From Gammaproteobacteria bacterium (lineage in GTDB: Bacteria; Pseudomonadota; Gammaproteobacteria; Eutrophobiales; Eutrophobiaceae), in NCBI GenBank assembly GCA_965116495.1, contig OZ220696.1, positions 3,360,001 through 3,424,000 on the forward strand: a stretch of 64,000 nucleotides of DNA, written 5' to 3'. Both the position numbers and the translations under genes were made by a program. Positions 58,239-64,000 of the stretch are shown here, in pieces; the stretch's first letter is position 1; the number at the start of each line of letters is the position of its first letter. The notes under the pieces were generated by a model. The model saw nothing but the letters and a program-made list of their open reading frames with translations. It did no database searches and was not told the DNA's origin.

Positions 58239-59750
58239 ATGATGCGACTTTCACTTGTCATTTTGCCCACGCTGTATGTGCTGTTTCTGAACTCCTGTAC
58301 CTCTTCGCGTGAAGGGGAGCAGGTGGATAATAATGCATCGTCAAAACCGAATTTTATCGTCGTGCTGACCGACGACCAGGGTTATAACGATGTAGGCGTG
58401 TACGGCTCGTCGGATCTCAGGACGCCGGTCCTGGACCGCATGGCTGCGCAGGGGATCAGGTTCACCAGCTTTTATGCACAACCGGTCTGCGGCCCGTCCA
58501 GGGCTGCCCTGCTCACCGGCTCCTACCCGATCAGGGTGGCGGAACCCGGTAACAGGAAAAACCCGAACACTATCCTGCATACGCGCGAGGTAACGATCGC
58601 CGAGACCCTGAAAACCGCCGGCTACACGACTGCGGTAATCGGCAAGTGGCACATGGCCGGGGATGGCGACGAACCCTGGGACTTCGCCCCGCCGCCGCAA
58701 CCGCCTGGCCGGCCGGGCGGCAAGGGGCCGTTCAAGGCCGAACTCATGCCCAATGCCCAGGGCTTTGACTACTTCTACGGTACGCCCATGTTCCACGGCT
58801 ACACCCGGGACGTTGACCTGGCGCGCTTTATCCCCGAGATGATGCGCAACGGCGAGGTTGTGGAAAGTCCGGCAGACGTTGATCTCATGACCCGGAAATA
58901 CACGGAGGAAACCGTTGGATTTATCCGCGACAATCAAGACAAGCCTTTTTTTATCTATCTTGCCCACCACATGCCTCATTTGCCGTTGGGCGCATCATCC
59001 GCTTTTAAAGGCAAGTCCGGGCGGGGACCCTACGGAGATGCCGTCGAGGAACTGGACTGGAGCATGGGCGAAATATTCAGGGAACTGGAGCGCCTGCAAC
59101 TGGATGAGAAGACCCTGGTTGTCTATCTTTCCGACAACGGCCCCGAGGTCGGACACAGTGAAAAATACAAGGGTAGCGCGGCGCCCCTCAGGGGCGAAAA
59201 ATACTCTAACTGGGAAGGGGGTGTACGGGTTCCCGCCATCATGCGCTGGCCCGGCAAAATCCCTGATGCGAAGGTCAGTGACGAACTGGTGACGATAATG
59301 GATCTATATCCTACCCTGGTTGCGCTGGCGGGGTCGCGATTACCTGCGGGAACGGTATTCGACGGCGCGGATATCAGCCCGCTACTGTTTGACCGCCGGG
59401 GGGTGGTAAACCCTTACGCAAATTACTTCTATTATTCCCTGACGCAGTTGCAGGCTGTGCGGGCCGGGCGTTGGAAACTCGTCCTCCCCCGTCAGGCCGA
59501 TGGGCCTTATACCTCGTGGCTTGGCCGTTATACGGATGCAGTTGAAAAGCCCCTGTTATTCGACTTGCAGGAAGATCCGGGCGAGCAGGTTGACCTGGCC
59601 GGTGAGCACCCGGATATCGTTATGAGACTGATGCGGCAAGCGGACGCGGCCAGGGCGGAACTGGGTGATTACAACCGGATCGGAAGCGGGGCGCGGTTTT
59701 TCGATGAAGGCGAGAGAAGGCCTGCTACGTTTTTTCCGGATGCCGGGTAA
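58239..59750 (+). CDS. Cys-type (S1) sulfatase, lipoprotein
   Basis: Lipobox LNSC; DDQG, CGPSRAALLTG, GKWH and SDNG motifs. Confidence 0.93.
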   Translation: MMRLSLVILPTLYVLFLNSCTSSREGEQVDNNASSKPNFIVVLTDDQGYNDVGVYGSSDLRTPVLDRMAAQGIRFTSFYAQPVCGPSRAALLTGSYPIRVAEPGNRKNPNTILHTREVTIAETLKTAGYTTAVIGKWHMAGDGDEPWDFAPPPQPPGRPGGKGPFKAELMPNAQGFDYFYGTPMFHGYTRDVDLARFIPEMMRNGEVVESPADVDLMTRKYTEETVGFIRDNQDKPFFIYLAHHMPHLPLGASSAFKGKSGRGPYGDAVEELDWSMGEIFRELERLQLDEKTLVVYLSDNGPEVGHSEKYKGSAAPLRGEKYSNWEGGVRVPAIMRWPGKIPDAKVSDELVTIMDLYPTLVALAGSRLPAGTVFDGADISPLLFDRRGVVNPYANYFYYSLTQLQAVRAGRWKLVLPRQADGPYTSWLGRYTDAVEKPLLFDLQEDPGEQVDLAGEHPDIVMRLMRQADAARAELGDYNRIGSGARFFDEGERRPATFFPDAG

Positions 59751-59849
59751 CGACTCACCCGGGACTTATGCAGAAATTCATCAGCCAAATTCCGGGGATA
59801 TAGTATGATTTACCCCGAAAACAATTATCCAGGTAGCTGAAATCCTATT

Positions 59850-60581
59850 ATGGGTGCACATGTTTTTAACGCAAAGCCGGGCGACATCGCCGATACGGTA
59901 CTCATGCCCGGTGATCCGCTGCGGGCGAAATATATTGCAGAGAAATATCTTACTGACGTCCGGCAGGTGACCGACGTCAGGAATATGCTGGGTTTCACCG
60001 GTATCTACAAGGGCATGAGGATTTCTGTAGTGGCCCACGGCATCGGAATTCCTTCTGCCTCGGTTTACTGTACCGATCTGATCACGGAATACGGGGTCAA
60101 GCGCATCGTCCGCGTCGGCAGTTGCGGGACGATAATGGCCTCAGTCAGGCTGCGGGATGTTGTCATCGCCATGGGCGCTTCCACCGACTCCAACGTAAAC
60201 CGGACCCGGTTTAACGGGTTCGACTTTGCCGCGCTGGCCGATTACGAATTGCTGGAGAATATGGTGCGCGCGGCAAGGGAGCGGGATATTCGCTTCCATG
60301 TCGCAAATGTCTTCTCATCGGACCTGTTTTATCCGCCTCCCGGCGGTGAGATGTGGGACACCATGGAACGGTTGAATATCCCCGTCGTGGAAATGGAGGT
60401 GGCAGGCATATACGGGGTCGCCGCCGAATACGGGGCCAAAGCGGTTGCGCTGTGCACGGTGACCGATGATGCCCGCGCCGTGACCGGAATTTCCGTCGAA
60501 GAACGTCAGGCCAGCCTGGATCAAATGATAGATATAGCGTTGGAAGGGGTTTCTTTTACCGTTCCGGTCAAAGATCGCTGA
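59850..60581 (+). CDS. deoD: purine nucleoside phosphorylase, DeoD type, divergent
   Basis: PGDPLRAKYIAE, RVGSCG and EME motifs. Confidence 0.88.
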   Translation: MGAHVFNAKPGDIADTVLMPGDPLRAKYIAEKYLTDVRQVTDVRNMLGFTGIYKGMRISVVAHGIGIPSASVYCTDLITEYGVKRIVRVGSCGTIMASVRLRDVVIAMGASTDSNVNRTRFNGFDFAALADYELLENMVRAARERDIRFHVANVFSSDLFYPPPGGEMWDTMERLNIPVVEMEVAGIYGVAAEYGAKAVALCTVTDDARAVTGISVEERQASLDQMIDIALEGVSFTVPVKDR

Positions 60582-61890
60582 GACGCTTGATCAGCAGGTC
60601 GACAGCATAGCCTGAAGACCAGGCTTCACAGTGGCCGGTATCGGGCAAAACATGCCATTGCTTGTTTTCATCGGGTTTCAACCGGGTGAAGGCGTAGGTG
60701 AATTCTCCCAGTGAAAAATATTCGTCACCTCCGCCCCGGGGGTCTTCCATCTTCCTGTTGATGTTCGCGACCAGGTCAATCCTGTGGTTCGGCTCCCAGT
60801 CGGCTTCCGGCCGGAAAGCCATGCTGCTGTCATCGAAGGGCGGGTAGAGCTCCAGTCCTTCTTCCTGTGAATAATCACAGGCATCCGTTTTGTGGACGTG
60901 GTTGGCAAATATTTCATACGTGACGCCGAAGTGGGCATAAGACCCGGGCATGCGGCACTTGCTTGTGGATGCCAGCGCTGCACACTCGTTGTCGGTCGAA
61001 CAAACGCTTGTCCCGTCAACGTCACAATGTCCCTGCGTGTATTGGCGCCGGCTGCAATGGGTATTGATATCCCAGTTATTAGGACCGCCTACGAGCAGTT
61101 GATAATCGATGATCGGATCCAGTCCATGCCAGAGTCTGGGTAGAAAGGTCGCGTTGCTGCCCATGCTGCAACCGGCCGTTGCGAACGCCCCATCACCTGC
61201 CAGGTTTTCATGGACCCAGGCAATGATCCCGGCGACGCGCTTGTTCAACTCGTAGATGTTGGTGGCGCCATCACTGGTGCGTGAATACCAGCCCCAGTTT
61301 ATCGGGGACCGGAAAGGCGGGGCGAAATCCGGTGCGGTAAAGCCTTTTTCCCAGCGCACCATAACGCTGCGAACAGGCGCCTGTTGTTCCAGTTCCACCA
61401 CATACTCCGCATAACGGTAGTCCGTGCCACCGGCGCCCGAGTGCAACAGCACTGTCTTGTCGCCGTCTGGCGTGAGCGCCAGGTGGCCGGCCATATCATC
61501 AACCACGTAGGCGAGCGCCAGTTTGGACTCGTCCGGATTGCGTGCCTGCATCAACACCTGCATGCCGTCATCTTTATATGCAGGCACCAGGCATTCACGC
61601 CAGTCGGCGCAGACCTGTCTGCAGCTGTAGTTTACATGGTAATCGCCGTTATCATCAGGCGCTGATTTTGTCAGGTTGAATGCGGAGGAGGGTACTGCAG
61701 GGTCCGGTGTTTCACAGATTTCCACCTGTGTTGCAAACATTTCAGCAACACTTAGCGGCCCTGATGCCGCAGATCCTTTGTCCGGCAGGTTACCCGCAGG
61801 CACATCATCAGCCAGGCAGGTGTGCGAAATCAAGGTAGCTGTCAGGAAAACAGCGCAGTGGTTCTTATTCATGTTTGTGTCAAGCGTCAT
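60568..61890 (-). CDS. secreted Cys-rich hypothetical protein, possible alpha/beta hydrolase
   Basis: Signal-like N-terminus; HSGAGG, GCSMG and C-terminal GHC; 440-aa ORF. Confidence 0.6.
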   Translation of the reverse strand: MTLDTNMNKNHCAVFLTATLISHTCLADDVPAGNLPDKGSAASGPLSVAEMFATQVEICETPDPAVPSSAFNLTKSAPDDNGDYHVNYSCRQVCADWRECLVPAYKDDGMQVLMQARNPDESKLALAYVVDDMAGHLALTPDGDKTVLLHSGAGGTDYRYAEYVVELEQQAPVRSVMVRWEKGFTAPDFAPPFRSPINWGWYSRTSDGATNIYELNKRVAGIIAWVHENLAGDGAFATAGCSMGSNATFLPRLWHGLDPIIDYQLLVGGPNNWDINTHCSRRQYTQGHCDVDGTSVCSTDNECAALASTSKCRMPGSYAHFGVTYEIFANHVHKTDACDYSQEEGLELYPPFDDSSMAFRPEADWEPNHRIDLVANINRKMEDPRGGGDEYFSLGEFTYAFTRLKPDENKQWHVLPDTGHCEAWSSGYAVDLLIKRLSDL

Positions 61891-61897
61891 TCATATA

Positions 61898-61932
61898 CAG
61901 GGAACCGCTGAGATTAAATCATAGTTTCCCTG
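61898..61932. repeat. short inverted-repeat remnant
   Basis: CAGGGAACCGCTGA-N7-TCATAGTTTCCCTG; ends resemble those of the element at 10.5 kb. Confidence 0.45.
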
Positions 61933-61935
61933 AAC

Positions 61936-62252
61936 TAACTCGCATATCTCACCAATTCGCTTGTCATCAGCGGAAAGTTTGATGCTATCAATAAGTTATA
62001 CCGGTTTATCTCACCTGGCTGCCGTCACACACTGCGCTGGATGCGCCCTCGCTTGTCTTTTTGCCGCTAATGGGCACGTGTTCATTGCGCCCATCCCTGG
62101 GCGCAACCCTGCGGGTGGCTGTCGCCGTGCAAATCGGCTGTCCTGCCGATTTGTCCCTCAACCATAGCCACCGCTATGGTTTCGGTCGCCTGCACCCACC
62201 AGCGGCAAAATCCTGCGCGATCATCGCATCCATTGGTGAGATATGCGGGCTA
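61936..62252. mobile_element. MITE-like element with terminal inverted repeats
   Basis: TAACTCGCATATCTCACCAAT and ATTGGTGAGATATGCGGGCTA (19/21 match); CTAA at both ends; hairpin-rich interior with no credible ORF. Confidence 0.8.
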
Positions 62253-62266
62253 ACCATGTGTCACTA

Positions 62267-62890
62267 CTACCTGTCCGGTTCTCGGGCAGACCCGTTATTT
62301 TCCAGGTAGTCGCGTAACTGTTCCTGCGCCCCGGTATGGCCCCGTTCGGCCGCGTGGCGGTACCAGAGTATAGCCTCTGCATGATCCCTGGGTACGCCTT
62401 CGCCCCGGGCATACATGTAACCCAGGTAGTACTGTGCGACCGCATGCCCCTGTTCGGCGGCTTTGTGGAACCAGCGCGCGGCCTGGGCCTTGTCTTCAAT
62501 CTCCTCCGTTTCACCGAAGTACATGGCGCCGAGCCGGTATTGTGCGGCGGCATGGCCCTGACCGGCAGCCTCGCGCAACCAGTGAAGCGCACTGCCGACA
62601 TCCCTGGTTACCCCTTCGCCCCGGGCAAATTTGTGTCCCAGGTAGTATTGCGCCGATGCATGTCCCTGCTGCGCGGCTGAAAGGTACCAGCGCGCAGCCT
62701 CGGCGTCGTCTTCGGGCACGCCCTGGCCATGGTCGTACCTGCTGCCGAGAAGAAACTGCGCCCCGGCGTCTCCCTGTTCCCCGGCCTTGATTAATTCCTC
62801 CAGTCCACCCGCGGCAAGCGCCGTGCAGGCACACAGTATCAAACCCGCCGGCAGGCAACTGAATATGGTGATGTGCTCAGAATTGGTCAT
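62267..62890 (-). CDS. secreted Sel1-like repeat protein
   Basis: About four AQxxLGxxYxxGxGV..A..W..AA.QG repeats; signal peptide. Confidence 0.92.
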   Translation of the reverse strand: MTNSEHITIFSCLPAGLILCACTALAAGGLEELIKAGEQGDAGAQFLLGSRYDHGQGVPEDDAEAARWYLSAAQQGHASAQYYLGHKFARGEGVTRDVGSALHWLREAAGQGHAAAQYRLGAMYFGETEEIEDKAQAARWFHKAAEQGHAVAQYYLGYMYARGEGVPRDHAEAILWYRHAAERGHTGAQEQLRDYLENNGSAREPDR

Positions 62891-63060
62891 TCACGTGGTT
62901 GCGCATCCCGGTATGTTCCATCTAATGAACCCAGCACACGCAATAAAGGCGGCATCAGGAAAATTAACGACTCGAACGTGCGGATATGGCAGTTAAGCGG
63001 GGAGTATAACAAAGACAGGGCTATTACGCCGCTCAATCCCCGGTAGCTCTCAACTGCCCC

Positions 63061-64000
63061 TCAGCCGCCGGCAGGGTGGCAGGGTGAGCCACTGCAGCGA
63101 CCGGTTGCCCTGGCCAGCGCTTGCGATACTTTTTCCCGGTTGAATTGCCGCCAGCGACCGGCGACATGCTGGTCAGGCCGAATCAGGTAGTAAGTCCCCG
63201 GCCGGGCATCGTAATGCCGGTGCAACAGGCCGTTGTTGTCTACAATCCAGTTTTTGCCTGTCCCTTTCCCTGTGCCGGTTACGACCAGGGTTTCGACCGG
63301 GATTTGCTCCGTGCCAGCGGCGTCGAGTTCCGCTGCCGTGCTCCCGTCTCCGCTGAAATAGATACCGGAGAAACGGTCGCCCAACTGGTTCAGGAACCAG
63401 GAGTCAGCGCCGTTGATGGTAATGGGGGCATCAAGGCAGGGGGCGCCTGGACGTTGCCTGTCGTTGAACTCATCTTCATCCGGCGTATTCAGGGGTGAGC
63501 CGTCCAGTACGCTGGGGGTGGACAGGCGCCCGGGGTTGACGAGCCTGCGGGCGAACTCGAAATCCTTGGCAAGTTCCAGGGTGGCGTTGCGGAAGGCGAG
63601 GCTGACTTCACTTTTCGGGGTCATGAAGTCAGTGCTGCGCGATGAATTCATAACGTTCTCCTGCGCGCCCAGTATCCGTTCATCGTCATAGCTGCCGATC
63701 AGGCCGGGCGGTGCGGCGCCGGTCAGGACCAGGTGGAGTTTCCAGACCAGGTTATCGACGTCCTGCAGCCCGCCGTTTGCCCCGCGCGCCCCGAAAGGCG
63801 ACACGAGATGGGCGGAATCGCCGGCGAATATCACCCGGTTATGGACGAATTTCTCCATGCGGCAGCACTTGAACGTGTACAGGCTCACCCATTCGTACTC
63901 GAATTCCAGGTCCGAACCGAGAAAGGCCTTTATTTTGGCGTCGATATTCTCTTCCTTCATCACCTCGTCACGGTCGATGTCCCAACCCATCTGGAAATCG
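63061..64000 (-). CDS. FAD-dependent aromatic monooxygenase (MhpA/PheA-like), 3' part; truncated by window end
   Basis: AGDSAHLVSPFGARGANGGLQD and LIRPDQHV motifs. Confidence 0.88.
   Translation of the reverse strand, partial: DFQMGWDIDRDEVMKEENIDAKIKAFLGSDLEFEYEWVSLYTFKCCRMEKFVHNRVIFAGDSAHLVSPFGARGANGGLQDVDNLVWKLHLVLTGAAPPGLIGSYDDERILGAQENVMNSSRSTDFMTPKSEVSLAFRNATLELAKDFEFARRLVNPGRLSTPSVLDGSPLNTPDEDEFNDRQRPGAPCLDAPITINGADSWFLNQLGDRFSGIYFSGDGSTAAELDAAGTEQIPVETLVVTGTGKGTGKNWIVDNNGLLHRHYDARPGTYYLIRPDQHVAGRWRQFNREKVSQALARATGRCSGSPCHPAGG

Overview
Chromosomal window of a Gammaproteobacterium. The backbone is a conserved housekeeping string: nagZ-mscS-dapF-yigA-xerC, then smpB-NSS transporter-ratAB-bamE-fur-recN-nadK-hrcA-grpE-dnaK-dnaJ-dapB-carAB-greA-rlmE-ftsH-glmM. 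Three accessory blocks interrupt it. (1) A cobamide uptake and salvage locus: btuCD-like genes, cobT-cobS-cbiB-cobD-cobC-cobU-pduX, btuF, cbiP, a cobalamin riboswitch before btuB, and btuR, with a hipBA module inserted in it. (2) A toxin-antitoxin-rich block between dapB and carA: a PIN toxin with an unusual DUF7662-like antitoxin and direct-repeat operators, AbrB-Doc, an orphan HicB, an antitoxin remnant, and an Lhr helicase carrying an in-frame palindromic repeat. (3) A block after tRNA-Ser(CGA): an MFS transporter, an atypical 5'-nucleotidase, a sulfatase, a divergent DeoD, a secreted Cys-rich hydrolase-like protein, MITEs, a Sel1-repeat protein and an FAD monooxygenase. At least four families of small palindromic or MITE-like repeats are scattered through the window, and several genes are eroded by deletion. 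The strongest candidates for undescribed biology are the DUF7662-like/PIN TA pair, the repeat translated inside Lhr, the possible modified-nucleoside catabolic cluster and a five-hairpin element upstream of fur. All family assignments come from motif recognition; no database searches were run.
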